From an uncultured delta proteobacterium (lineage in GTDB: Bacteria > Desulfobacterota > Binatia > UBA9968), in NCBI GenBank assembly GCA_963771465.1, contig CAVYTU010000017.1, positions 864,001-928,000 of the forward strand: 64,000 nt of DNA, in the 5' to 3' direction. Made by a program: the position numbers and the translations under genes. Below are positions 46,468-56,685 of the stretch, piece by piece; position 1 is the stretch's first letter; each line of letters begins with the position of its first letter. The notes beneath the pieces were generated by a model. The model did not search any database, was not told the origin of the DNA, and was given only the letters and a program-made list of their open reading frames with translations.

Positions 46468-48249
46468 ATGAGTTTTGCTAAAAAGCTGAAGCTAATTGCA
46501 AATTCGCTTCGTGCGCCGGCGGATTTCTGTCGCGTTCTCGCCGGGACTGGGATCGTTTTGTCGGCGCTGCTGATGGTGTCGAGCGCGAGCTCGGCTCAAC
46601 CGGCCGGCAGCCTGCTGTATTTCGCCAATGAGGAATTTAGACTTGCCAAGGTCATCGAGCGCAAAGAGATTTTAGATTATCGGGTTGTTGCGGCAGGAGA
46701 GCGTCGCTATCGCGAAACGTTTTTCGACAGCGCCGACCTATACCTTTTCGAACGGCGCATGTTTTATCGCGTTAAAGACGGCTTTGATGGTAAAGCGCGA
46801 GTCGAATTCTACGCCGGTCATTCTGCTAACAAGGACTCTGCCGCGAACATCGTTCATTCCGCGGCGCTCCCTGCTCGTACGGTGCTGGCGGTTGGCAATG
46901 GGCAGCTGGACGATCCAGCGTTGCGCAGCGGTCTGCCCGTGCCAACTACTCGGGAGTTCAAAAATATTCTGCTGACGGCGGAGTACGCCAAACACAGCGT
47001 CACGCTGGAACGCCGCGGAAAAGCGGAATTCTTAGTCAGCCTGTTGGCAGGCACCTTCGTCGGCGTTAGTGGAAAAAAAATTCAGATAGGGTTTCTCGCG
47101 CTGGAGATTCAGCCCATCGCGAGCCGCGTCACAGCGGTCCATTTCGGCGAGATCAAACGCATTGTAGATTCCTTGTCGGCGGAGGTGCGCCTCGCGCCCG
47201 ATCCCATGACGCTTTACAGCCGCGGTATCGAAAAGGCCGTTTTGCTGCGACCGGATGAACGGCGGCTCCAACCGCTGCGTGTGGTTGGCGGCGCTAGGGG
47301 CAGCGGCTTCGATCAATTCGATCAGCCGGACGCGGTCGCCTTTACACTCGACGGGCGATTGGTGGCGGGGGATACCGATAACGCGCGCTTCAAGATTTAC
47401 AGCTTCGGCGAACAAACCCAGTCAGTGCAAATCATCGGCGCCGAGGGAACAGCTGCCGGAGAATTCGGCCATGGGCTGGCGGCGACTCTCGGGAGCTTTA
47501 AGATTTTCCATCAAGTGCAAGGCATCGCTGTCGATAGCAACGGTCTGATTTATGTCATCGATCAGGGTAATCAACGCATTCAGCTATTCGATGGCGCAGG
47601 CAAAGTGCAGCCGGAGAAAAATATCCCCTTTCGTTTTTGCACAAAGGAAGCGCCGCGCTGCGCCGACGGTCTGTGGCGACCGAGTAATAAAATTGAATAC
47701 AACGGCATCCAAGGAATCGCTATCGATGCCGATGGCGGGGTGTACATTTCCGATAAGGGCACGAGTCGCGTTTATCGGCTCCTGCCCGGCGGTAAGCGGG
47801 ACCCAAATTTTAATTTGCAGGAAGTGGAGCCGGCGAGCGGCGAGCCCATGCTCAAGGAACCGGAATCGCTCGTGCTGCATCAGAATAAACTGTTTGTCTC
47901 CAACGAGGGCAGCGGTGAAATCAAAATGTTCGATCGGAGAACCGGCAGGGCAATCGGACCGGGCGCGGGTTTCGGCGCTCAAGTTTTCAGCGGCAAGGCG
48001 GAAGGGCTCGCGGTGACGGGTGATTATCTATTCGCCGTCGATGTGCAGAACACGCGTATCGCGGTGTTCGATTTGACCGGCGAGAATCCTAAATATTTGT
48101 TAGGTTTCGTCGGCGACTTTCAGTCGGCTGACGGTATCGCCATCGACCCCACCGGGAAATATGTCGCCATCGCCGATCAGGGCAATTTGCGCGTTCTCTT
48201 GTATTCGTTGCCAGAGATGTTGCGCCATTTGGCCGGCCTTAAGAGGTGA
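46468..48249 (+). CDS. exported degenerate CYTH-like domain + NHL-repeat beta-propeller
   Basis: signal peptide ...ASSA-Q; ETFFDSADLYLFERRMFYRVK and TLYSRG (CYTH-like); FDQPDAVAF, QGIAVDSNGLIYVIDQGNQRIQLF (NHL). Confidence 0.7.
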   Translation: MSFAKKLKLIANSLRAPADFCRVLAGTGIVLSALLMVSSASSAQPAGSLLYFANEEFRLAKVIERKEILDYRVVAAGERRYRETFFDSADLYLFERRMFYRVKDGFDGKARVEFYAGHSANKDSAANIVHSAALPARTVLAVGNGQLDDPALRSGLPVPTTREFKNILLTAEYAKHSVTLERRGKAEFLVSLLAGTFVGVSGKKIQIGFLALEIQPIASRVTAVHFGEIKRIVDSLSAEVRLAPDPMTLYSRGIEKAVLLRPDERRLQPLRVVGGARGSGFDQFDQPDAVAFTLDGRLVAGDTDNARFKIYSFGEQTQSVQIIGAEGTAAGEFGHGLAATLGSFKIFHQVQGIAVDSNGLIYVIDQGNQRIQLFDGAGKVQPEKNIPFRFCTKEAPRCADGLWRPSNKIEYNGIQGIAIDADGGVYISDKGTSRVYRLLPGGKRDPNFNLQEVEPASGEPMLKEPESLVLHQNKLFVSNEGSGEIKMFDRRTGRAIGPGAGFGAQVFSGKAEGLAVTGDYLFAVDVQNTRIAVFDLTGENPKYLLGFVGDFQSADGIAIDPTGKYVAIADQGNLRVLLYSLPEMLRHLAGLKR

Positions 48250-48462
48250 GTTAATCATCATCGCATTATTGTGGCCATTCGGCATGCCATCGGTTATACG
48301 AACGAAAATACTTCAACGGGGACAACTCATGAACAAATCGAGTCTGATCGCTGTCAATTAGCTTAATTCGCAAATCGAGGTAGAGCCGTTCGTTGCAAAA
48401 GGTCAGTATGCCGAGCGGTCATTGTTTTTGACGACCACTCACATACGAAAAAGGGAAAGCAA

Positions 48463-50325
48463 ATGAAAACCACTAAGCGGGCGCTCAAGATGAGCAATCA
48501 GCAAACGAAAAAATCGACCATCGACCGGCCGCAGAATCTCGGCAAGCCGCAAATGAAGTGGGGCAGCGACGTGGTCGCCGAAGTCACGCGTCGGCTCGAC
48601 CTTAAGTATATCGCGCTGGTGCCTGGCGCCAGCTATCGCGGTTTTCATGACAGCATCGTCAACTATCTCGGTAACGACAATCCGCAGATGGTTATCTGTC
48701 TGCACGAGGAGCACGCGGTTTCCATCGCCGATGGTTATGGCAAAGTAACCGAGACGCCGATGGCCGTGGCGTTGCATGCCAACGTCGGCCTGATGCACGC
48801 GACCATGCCGATCTTCAATGCCTGGTGCGATCGCACACCGATGATTATTTTTGGCGCTAACGGACCGGTGGACGCGCACCGGCGCCGGCCGTGGATCGAT
48901 TGGATTCATACGGCGAAGGACCAAGCGTCGATGATCCGCAATTACACCAAGTGGGACGATCAGCCGGCGTCGCCGCAAGCGGCTGTGGAGTCGGTGTTGC
49001 GAGCCAATCAGATCAGCCGGACGGCGCCCTACGGACCGGTTTATATTTGCCTCGATGCCGGTCTGCAGGAAGCGCCGCTCACCGAGGAGATCTCGATTCC
49101 CGATCCGGCGCGTTTCCGACCGGCGCCGACGCCCGCGGTACCCGCCGATTCATTGGCGCAAGTCGTCAAAGCAATCGGCAAAGCAAAGTTTCCACTGATT
49201 CTCATGGGCCGGGTTTCGCGCAAGCAAGCGGACTGGGAACGGCGCGTGCGTTTCGCCGAAGCGATCGGCGCCGCCGTTTTGACCAGCAGCAATGATCCAG
49301 CGGCTTTTCCGACTACACACGCGTTGCATGTCGCGCCGCCCTGCGTGCGGCCGAACAAAGGCGCGATGGCGCTGATCGAAAAAGCGGATTTGATCATGAG
49401 TCTGGATTGGTTGGACCTTGCCGGTATCTTGCGTCTGGCCCTTGGCGATGCGCAAACCCAGAAGCCGACCGGTAAGACAGTCGTTCACTGCTCCGTCGAT
49501 AATTATCGCACCAATGGTTGGAGCATGGATCATCAGGCGCTCGCTGCCGTCGACATACCCATTCTCGCTGAGCCCGATCAATTGGTTGCGCAGTTGCTCG
49601 AAGCAATGGCCGTCAAGCATGACGGCAAGATCAAGCGCCGGCCGGCAATGAAGCAGCTTGGCCATTGGAATCAGGCGTCCTTAGTCGCCGCTGCCGCAAA
49701 AGGCGGTACGCGGATGACCCAGTGGGACATGGCGATGACGGTGCGATCTTTTGCTAAAAACAAACCGGTGACGTTCTCGCGTCTGCCGATCGGCTGGCCG
49801 GGAGAAGCTTACGATTTCGACGGCCCGCTGTCGTTTATGGGCAATGACGGCGGCGGCGCCGTCGGTACCGGTCCGGGACACACGATCGGCGCGGCCTTGG
49901 CGCTCAAAGACAGCGGCCGGCTAACCGTCGGTGTGCTCGGCGACGGAGATTATCTGATGGGTGTCAACGCACTGTGGACCGCGTCGCATTTCGATATTCC
50001 GGTGATGATCGTGGTGGCCGACAACCGGTCTTATTTCAACGACGAGATGCACCAGGAGCGGGTCGCGCAGATGCGCAGCCGTCCGGCGCAAAACCGCTGG
50101 ATCGGCCAGCAGATCGACAATCCGCGTGTGGATTTAGTATCGATGGCGCAGGCCCAAGGTTTCGACAGCGAAGCGCCGGTGTCGAGCGTTGAAGATTTGG
50201 CAAAGGCACTCAAACGCGGCGCCGAGGTCGTTGCCAACGGTGGGCGCTATTTCATCGATTCGATGATCGAGCCAGGTTACGCCGACAGCGGCCCGGATCA
50301 GCGCTCGGGCGGCGAGAAAAAATAG
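48463..50325 (+). CDS. thiamine-pyrophosphate-dependent enzyme (acetolactate synthase / benzoylformate decarboxylase-like)
   Basis: PGASYRGFHDS, LHEEHAV, GDGDYLMG...DNRSY. Confidence 0.92.
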   Translation: MKTTKRALKMSNQQTKKSTIDRPQNLGKPQMKWGSDVVAEVTRRLDLKYIALVPGASYRGFHDSIVNYLGNDNPQMVICLHEEHAVSIADGYGKVTETPMAVALHANVGLMHATMPIFNAWCDRTPMIIFGANGPVDAHRRRPWIDWIHTAKDQASMIRNYTKWDDQPASPQAAVESVLRANQISRTAPYGPVYICLDAGLQEAPLTEEISIPDPARFRPAPTPAVPADSLAQVVKAIGKAKFPLILMGRVSRKQADWERRVRFAEAIGAAVLTSSNDPAAFPTTHALHVAPPCVRPNKGAMALIEKADLIMSLDWLDLAGILRLALGDAQTQKPTGKTVVHCSVDNYRTNGWSMDHQALAAVDIPILAEPDQLVAQLLEAMAVKHDGKIKRRPAMKQLGHWNQASLVAAAAKGGTRMTQWDMAMTVRSFAKNKPVTFSRLPIGWPGEAYDFDGPLSFMGNDGGGAVGTGPGHTIGAALALKDSGRLTVGVLGDGDYLMGVNALWTASHFDIPVMIVVADNRSYFNDEMHQERVAQMRSRPAQNRWIGQQIDNPRVDLVSMAQAQGFDSEAPVSSVEDLAKALKRGAEVVANGGRYFIDSMIEPGYADSGPDQRSGGEKK

Positions 50326-50379
50326 TTGCCGGGCGCAACGTGACGGCGTGAGCGAAATTGGCGCAATGGTCCGACGATT

Positions 50380-50540
50380 GATCTAGGCTGCGCGACAAAG
50401 GTGTGATCATGCTGCGCGAGCTGATGAAGAATGAAATTGCTAGAGTTCAGCGCGGGGAAGAGCCGATCGGCGTCTACCGAGATGCCAATCACGCCATGAT
50501 CGAGACAAACGTGGATGAAGGGGTGCGGGCAGATGCGCAG
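50380..50540 (+). pseudogene. 3' remnant resembling a Rieske aromatic oxygenase C-terminus
   Basis: LG..DKGVIMLRELMKNEIARVQRGEEPIGVYRDANHAMIETN; no Rieske N-terminus; frame broken upstream. Confidence 0.5.
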
Positions 50541-50917
50541 CGACGCGCGCTCGCCTTCGCAAGGCTCCTAAAAATGATCTGGCTAAGCGCTACCAAAGTG
50601 GTGCGCGGTGAGCCGGTTCTTCTCGTTAACGTTTTGCCGTGTCAGTTGTAGAGCGGGGCGAGCACAAGAATTGCGGCGATTACTTTCTTGATCTGTCGAA
50701 CGCAGAAACCGAAGAGTTTGGAATTGGCAGCTTGCCGCACAGCCGTAGGCCAGGTGGCCAAGCGCAATGCGGGTCAGTCAAGCTGGATTGTTATGTGAAG
50801 ACCGGTCGGTATCTATGATCGGTGCGAATTTCGCCACGTTTTTGCTGCCCGGTGCCTTAGTGGTTGTATCGTCGAACTTTGAACCTGAAAGGCGATCGGT
50901 TAATCCCGGTCGGCTGC

Positions 50918-52447
50918 TCAGTTTAGGTCGACGCTCAGGTCCGGTTCTTTGCCGGCTGAAACCGAGGGCTTGCGTCGGTTCGGATTGCGCAAGATCTGCA
51001 GTGACTTCTGTTCGATTTGGCGGATACGTTCGCGTGTGACGGCAAATTTCTCGCCAAGTTCTTCCAGTGTGTAGTCACGCCGCAGCTCGATTCCGAAGCG
51101 CATCCGCAGCACGGTTTCTTGGCGCGGCGTGAGCACGGCCAACGCTTTTCTCACTTCAGCACACACCATGCCGTCCATGACGCGGCTTTCCGGTTCAGGG
51201 TTGATGCGATCTTCGACAAAATCGCCGAGCTCATCGCCGTCTTCCCATACCGGAGTCTGAAGCGATACCGGATCGCTGTGAGTCTGCACTAGTTTAAACA
51301 TATCCGCGACCGACATCCCCAACTCTGTGGCGAGCGCCTCGGGGCTTGGATCGTGGCCGAGTTTACGTTGCATCTCACGCGCGGTTTGGAGCACTTTGTT
51401 GCGCGACTCGACGCGATGCACAGGGATACGGATAGTTTTTCCGGTGTCGATCAGGCCACGGGTGATGCCCTGGCGAATCCACCAACTGGCATAAGTGGAA
51501 AATCTAAAACCGAGACGGTAATCGAATTTATCGACGGCGCGCATGAGACCCAAGTTGCCCTCTTGGATTAGATCCAAGAAACCCAAGCCGCGGTTGATGT
51601 ATTTTTTGGCGATGCTGACGACCAGACGAAGGTTCGCTTCGGTGAATTCTTTTTTCGCTACCCGTGCGACGGTTTCGCCGGCGTCGATGGTTCCGGCCCG
51701 TGCGATGATCTCGGCCGCGGGCAGGCCGACCGACTCGACGACTCTTTTCAGCATCTCAGCGGTTTCTTCCCGCTTTGATTTTTTCGCGCTTCGAGCTTGA
51801 TATTCCAACGACTCGATACGCGCAGCCGCTTGTTTTAAACGGCCGACCAATTCATCGATGTGAGAGGTGGCAAGGTGAAGTTCTTTGATCAGATCGCCAA
51901 TCTTGGTGATGTATACCGCTTGTTTTTGGGTCAGCGCCGCTTGCCGGATTTTGGAGAGCCGTTTGTGGTTCAGTTCGCGGTCAATTAGGTCCTGGCTCTG
52001 ACGAAGCCGGCGCAGTTTGGCAATGGTATGCAAGAATGGCTTGGGATCGAGCAGGTGATTGCTCGCTAGTTCGTCGTCGACCTCTGGTTTTTCTAAAACC
52101 TCTTTGAGTTCGAGTTCTCCAGTAGCTACTGCTTGGGCGAGCTCGCCGATATAGCGCGATGCCATCGGCGTCGAAAACAGCGCGTGAAGAATTTGTTGCT
52201 GACCTTTCTCAATCGCCATGGCGAGCTCGATCTCGCGTTCGCGCGTGAGCAAGTGGACCGAGCCGATATCGCGAAGATATTGCTGCACCGAGCTGAGCGC
52301 AAAGTCCGACTCTTTGGTTTCGGGCTCGCCTTCATCACGCGGCTTGGCGCCGAATTCACTTTCCGGCTCGTGGTTTTCGACATTGGAAAAATCGCGGTTA
52401 TCTCGATTCTCTTCCAAGTCTCTCTCTGTGTGCAATTCAGGTAACAT
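50918..52447 (-). CDS. RpoD/SigA-like sigma70 paralog lacking region 1.1
   Basis: [49 protein letters not shown]...[10 protein letters not shown]. Confidence 0.9.
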   Translation of the reverse strand: MLPELHTERDLEENRDNRDFSNVENHEPESEFGAKPRDEGEPETKESDFALSSVQQYLRDIGSVHLLTREREIELAMAIEKGQQQILHALFSTPMASRYIGELAQAVATGELELKEVLEKPEVDDELASNHLLDPKPFLHTIAKLRRLRQSQDLIDRELNHKRLSKIRQAALTQKQAVYITKIGDLIKELHLATSHIDELVGRLKQAAARIESLEYQARSAKKSKREETAEMLKRVVESVGLPAAEIIARAGTIDAGETVARVAKKEFTEANLRLVVSIAKKYINRGLGFLDLIQEGNLGLMRAVDKFDYRLGFRFSTYASWWIRQGITRGLIDTGKTIRIPVHRVESRNKVLQTAREMQRKLGHDPSPEALATELGMSVADMFKLVQTHSDPVSLQTPVWEDGDELGDFVEDRINPEPESRVMDGMVCAEVRKALAVLTPRQETVLRMRFGIELRRDYTLEELGEKFAVTRERIRQIEQKSLQILRNPNRRKPSVSAGKEPDLSVDLN

Positions 52448-52844
52448 GATGCTCTCCTCAAATAACGGCTCAACGACCTATAAGGTTCCTCAACCGAGTG
52501 AGTTTTGTGCAAGGTCGGAATAGTAGATTAGACGTTCAAACCCCCGTCTCTGTTCAAAATCTGCGCTAATACTCAGGCCGGGCCGTTTGTTAATCGTGGA
52601 GGAATCGGATTGTGTTCTTTTCAAGTCGAATTCGCAATGGGGTCCATGCTTTAGACGATCTCCGACACATACGCAGCTCGCCTCTTTCAAGGTAAGGACG
52701 GCAATCTACCCTGTCAAGGTTGGCAGGCGATTCGTGAGCCAATTTCTCTGATTTGTTCGTAATATCGCAAGTTAGCACATGATGAATTTACGGATGTCGC
52801 AAAATCGGCCACTTAAAACGCATGAATCTGTGTGGTTTACTGAT

Positions 52845-53606
52845 TTAGCTTCCCAGTGAAAGCAGCCGGCCCCAGCCGCTGATGGGTTTGATGATGCCGG
52901 GGCGTACCAAATCGTTCCACACTTCGGTGCTCATGTTGGTAAACGCAGGTTTGCCGAATTCTTCCTCCAGTGCCGGGATAACATGGAGGCACAGCGCGGC
53001 GCCGCCCGGCACTGAAATGGCTTCCGCTTGGGGAAACGACTTCGCCGCTTCACGCCCGACATCGAGCGCCATATTCAAACCCTCTTCCAAGGACATAGCG
53101 GCCGACTCGGCACCCCATTGGTTGCGCTTGGTGATACCCACGACTTCGATACCGCCATCGGTCAAGTAACGCACCAGCGCATCGTTAACCGGATCGGCCC
53201 AACGACTGCCGATTGCCAGTTTGGTTAAACCGAGTCGCTTCATCGAAGCGATCAGCGCTTCAAGCGGTGCGTCGGTGGGAATGCCGTTCTTGTCTGTTGC
53301 CTGACGGAGCAATTCGAGAACTCGCTTACGGCCTAGCGCGGCGGAGACCGGGGCGCCCCCTAAGATGATCAGCTGGGCTTTTTCGTCGGCGAGCGTGTCG
53401 ACGCACGTCCAAAAATTGCCAAGCGCTTTCTCCACAGCCTCCGGCGTATAGTTGCTGATCCCTAGCACGGCGGAAAATTCCATGACATCCAGTGGCACCA
53501 GCCGGTAGAATTGATAACCAGCGCCGCGGGCGCGCCCTTCGTGTGAGCGCGGATGAATCACGCCATAACGGAAACGAGGTAAGAAACTTTTTACATGGTC
53601 AGTCAT
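52845..53606 (-). CDS. Asp/Glu racemase - maleate isomerase / arylmalonate decarboxylase superfamily protein
   Basis: YQFYRLVP, LGGAPVS, LEEEFGKP, GWGRLL C-terminus; GGAGG RBS. Confidence 0.7.
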   Translation of the reverse strand: MTDHVKSFLPRFRYGVIHPRSHEGRARGAGYQFYRLVPLDVMEFSAVLGISNYTPEAVEKALGNFWTCVDTLADEKAQLIILGGAPVSAALGRKRVLELLRQATDKNGIPTDAPLEALIASMKRLGLTKLAIGSRWADPVNDALVRYLTDGGIEVVGITKRNQWGAESAAMSLEEGLNMALDVGREAAKSFPQAEAISVPGGAALCLHVIPALEEEFGKPAFTNMSTEVWNDLVRPGIIKPISGWGRLLSLGS

Positions 53607-53756
53607 ACGAGCCTCCAAGCTATCGTCGAGTTATTGCGAGAGATGCGTATCTGCTACCTGTTATAGAAAACGCTTTACGCAGCTGTCAAGGCGATTGCTT
53701 ACTATTGTTCGTCATTGCTCGATTCTCGAAATACTATTTCGCGAATTCATCACATG

Positions 53757-55052
53757 TCACTTCGTCGGTGGCCGAAGAAAAAGGCTCAAGACGGCTGAAA
53801 CGATCAGCAGGCCGATGAAGATGCTAAACGAAAGCAGATAACTTTGCGTGGCGTCAAACAGGAAACCGAAGAACGGCGCGCCTCCGGCGCTGAAAGCGTG
53901 CGTAACGAGGGAGCCCATGCCGCGTATTTTGCCAAGTGAAATACGACCGAAATAGTTGGCCCAGATCAATTCCGCCAATATCGACGTGCCGCCCATGCCA
54001 ATGCCATAAAGAAAAAAACCGGCGTATAAGGAAACTAACCCAGGGTCGGACAACGCCAGTGAAATCCCCGCCCCTTGAATGATGAATTTGGCCATAATCA
54101 CCCGGCCGATATTCATGCGCTCAGCGCAAACTCCCCACACGAATGGCGTGCTGAACTGCATGATCGCGATCGTGCTCATGACCAGCGCCGCCACCGTCGC
54201 CGGATGGCCTTGATCGCTGACAAAGGAGAAGACATGAAGGTTCAATCCGCTCACGCCGACATGGGCGACGCCAAAGGTCGTAACGATGAGCCAAAATGCC
54301 GGAGTTCGTAGCGCTTCACGCCGCGTCCAGACGATGTCGTCGTCGGCAGCACGATTGCCTTTCTTCCGGTGAGCGGGTTTCGTAGCCGCGCTACTTTCGT
54401 TCTCCGTGCTCGACTTCCCATCCGGCAGCAGCCCCATGTCTTCCGGACGCCGGCGCATGAAGAGTAGCGATGGCCCGACGACCAATGCCAGCGTTAACAA
54501 ACCGAAGACGACCCAAGTGCCGCGCCAGCCCGCGTAGACAATGAGCGCAGCGGCGCACAAGGGCATGCCGACTTTCGCCAGACCGTGGCCCATGCCGGCG
54601 AGGGCGAGGGCGCGGCCGCGCATACGTACAAACCAGCGCGAGATCGTCACGTTCACCACCATCTGGCCCATAAGCGCATCACCGGGGCTGACGATCAGCC
54701 AGCGGACTAACAGGAATTGCCAGAAGTCGCGCGCCTGACCGAGCAGAATAAAGCCGACTCCAGAAACCACACCGCCGACGGCCATGAGCCACTTACTGCC
54801 GTGTCGATCCAAGAGCGTGCCCACCAGCGGCGCAGCAACGGCGCCGATCAGGACCTCGCCTGTGCGGATCAGGGAAAAGACGCCGCGCGAGACGCCAAGA
54901 TCGCTCGACAGCGGTTTAAGAAATACGCTGAGCGTGCTCGATATGGAAAACGCGGAGGCGATGTGAGCGAGAAAGCCGACGGCGACAATTGTCCAGCCGT
55001 AGAAAAACTTCGATCCCTTGGTTGTCGGTTCAGCGCTGCTCAATGATTGCAC
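53757..55052 (-). CDS. MFS transporter
   Basis: FFYGWTIV, GTLLDRHGSK, RWFVRMRGRA, YFGR; about 12 TM segments. Confidence 0.92.
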   Translation of the reverse strand: MQSLSSAEPTTKGSKFFYGWTIVAVGFLAHIASAFSISSTLSVFLKPLSSDLGVSRGVFSLIRTGEVLIGAVAAPLVGTLLDRHGSKWLMAVGGVVSGVGFILLGQARDFWQFLLVRWLIVSPGDALMGQMVVNVTISRWFVRMRGRALALAGMGHGLAKVGMPLCAAALIVYAGWRGTWVVFGLLTLALVVGPSLLFMRRRPEDMGLLPDGKSSTENESSAATKPAHRKKGNRAADDDIVWTRREALRTPAFWLIVTTFGVAHVGVSGLNLHVFSFVSDQGHPATVAALVMSTIAIMQFSTPFVWGVCAERMNIGRVIMAKFIIQGAGISLALSDPGLVSLYAGFFLYGIGMGGTSILAELIWANYFGRISLGKIRGMGSLVTHAFSAGGAPFFGFLFDATQSYLLSFSIFIGLLIVSAVLSLFLRPPTK

Positions 55053-55224
55053 GCCGTCTCTTTTATCAATTATCGCAACGGAACGACAGGCCAATTGCGT
55101 TTTAACTTGCGGCTTCGTTAATGAAAAGCGGTGACCTTGTCCGCTTGAATGCTTCCAGCCATTGACGATACAAGGCTAGATGTCAGGCGATGACATATAA
55201 GTTAAAGCGCGATCGGAGGCGATC

Positions 55225-55755
55225 ATGACGGCGGTTATTGGCCTTGGGCACGTGGGCATCTATGTTCGCGATCTGGAAAAGATGGTGGCGTTTTATCGCG
55301 ACACGCTCGGCATGCGCATCACCAAGCAGAACTGGCGGGCTGGCATTGTCTTCTTCAGTACCGATCCGGAGCGCGCCGATCACGAAATCGCGCTGTTCCG
55401 CGGCCGAGCTGAAGACGCGGATGCGCGACTGATCAATCAAATTTCGTTGCGTGTCGGCACACTCGATGACTTGCGAGGATTTCACCGGCGCTTGGTCGCT
55501 GAAGGTTTGCGCATCGATGCTGTGGTCAATCACGTCAGCGCGCTCGGTTGCTATTATTTCGATCCCGAAGGCAATCGTTCAGAAGTGTTTTGGGTCACCG
55601 GCCGCGCCTGCTGGGTGCCGATCGCCCATTTGATCGATATCGCGCAATCGGACGAAGCCATCCTAGCTGAAGTCGATCGGCTCTGGGAAAGATTGCGTCA
55701 TGTAGGAATGGGCGAGCGTATGGTCAATGAACCGGCGACGTTGCAGTTGGAGTGA
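55225..55755 (+). CDS. VOC/glyoxalase family protein
   Basis: LGHVGIYVRDLEKMVAFY, YYFDPEGNRSE. Confidence 0.88.
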   Translation: MTAVIGLGHVGIYVRDLEKMVAFYRDTLGMRITKQNWRAGIVFFSTDPERADHEIALFRGRAEDADARLINQISLRVGTLDDLRGFHRRLVAEGLRIDAVVNHVSALGCYYFDPEGNRSEVFWVTGRACWVPIAHLIDIAQSDEAILAEVDRLWERLRHVGMGERMVNEPATLQLE

Positions 55756-55763
55756 GGAGACAG

Positions 55764-56633
55764 ATGGAAGCAGTTAAAATTGGCATTGGTACCTCGAGCA
55801 TCGGCCGATTCTTGCCGTATGTCGGCAAGGCCGCCGGGCTTTTTGCAAAGGCGAACATCGGCGTTGAGATCATCAATCAGCTCGACGAAGAGAAAGTCGT
55901 TGAAGACATCGTCAATCAAGTGACGCCGATTGGCACTCCGAACGCGCCGTCGCTGATTTTCTCGTTTCTAAACGGTAATGATCTGGTCATCATCGGTGGT
56001 GTTTTGAATCGTCCGGCCTTCTACTTGGTGGCAAACGAAAAGATTACTTCGGTAGGTGATCTCAAAGGAAAGAAAGTAGGTATCAATCAGCCGCGCCGGA
56101 TGGCGGGCATGATGATGCTCGCGCTGTTACGCCGATGGGGTTTCGATCGCGTAAATGACCTTGAGCTTGTCGACCTCGGTCTCAACGATCGGAGTTTCGA
56201 AGCGCTTCGTACGGGCGATCTCGACGCCGCGCTCTTACCGCCGGAGAAAGCATTCCTCGCTGAAGCAGAAGGCTTGCGCATCGTTGCCGACACGCTCGAT
56301 CTTGATTGCCACTGGGTGCCGCTTGCGACCACACGGCGATTTCTCGCTGCAAATCCTGAGGTGGTCAAGCAAGTGGCCGGCGTTTACCGCGACAGTATTC
56401 ATTTTTTCAAAAGCGAGCCCCAGGCGACACTCAAAACGATCAGCGAGCAGTTGCCGGCGTTGAACCGCGAGCCGCAGGTGCTTAAAGAATGTTACCGCAT
56501 ATTCGCCGAACTCTTCGAGCCGACGTTGACAACGTCGTTGAGCTCGCTACGCGCGGTCATTGATGAGGTTGCGTTGCAGGATTCGAGAGCGAATAACTTG
56601 CGGCCATCGTCGATTGTGGAGAACATTTTCTAG
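55764..56633 (+). CDS. SsuA/NMT1-type substrate-binding fold protein without signal peptide
   Basis: AGLFAKANIGVEI, DLKGKKVG, GDLDAA; GAGGAG RBS before ATG 55764. Confidence 0.75.
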   Translation: MEAVKIGIGTSSIGRFLPYVGKAAGLFAKANIGVEIINQLDEEKVVEDIVNQVTPIGTPNAPSLIFSFLNGNDLVIIGGVLNRPAFYLVANEKITSVGDLKGKKVGINQPRRMAGMMMLALLRRWGFDRVNDLELVDLGLNDRSFEALRTGDLDAALLPPEKAFLAEAEGLRIVADTLDLDCHWVPLATTRRFLAANPEVVKQVAGVYRDSIHFFKSEPQATLKTISEQLPALNREPQVLKECYRIFAELFEPTLTTSLSSLRAVIDEVALQDSRANNLRPSSIVENIF

Positions 56634-56685
56634 TTAAGCACACGACCCGTTCGAAATTTATCAACCTAGAAATCGGAGGTGGACA

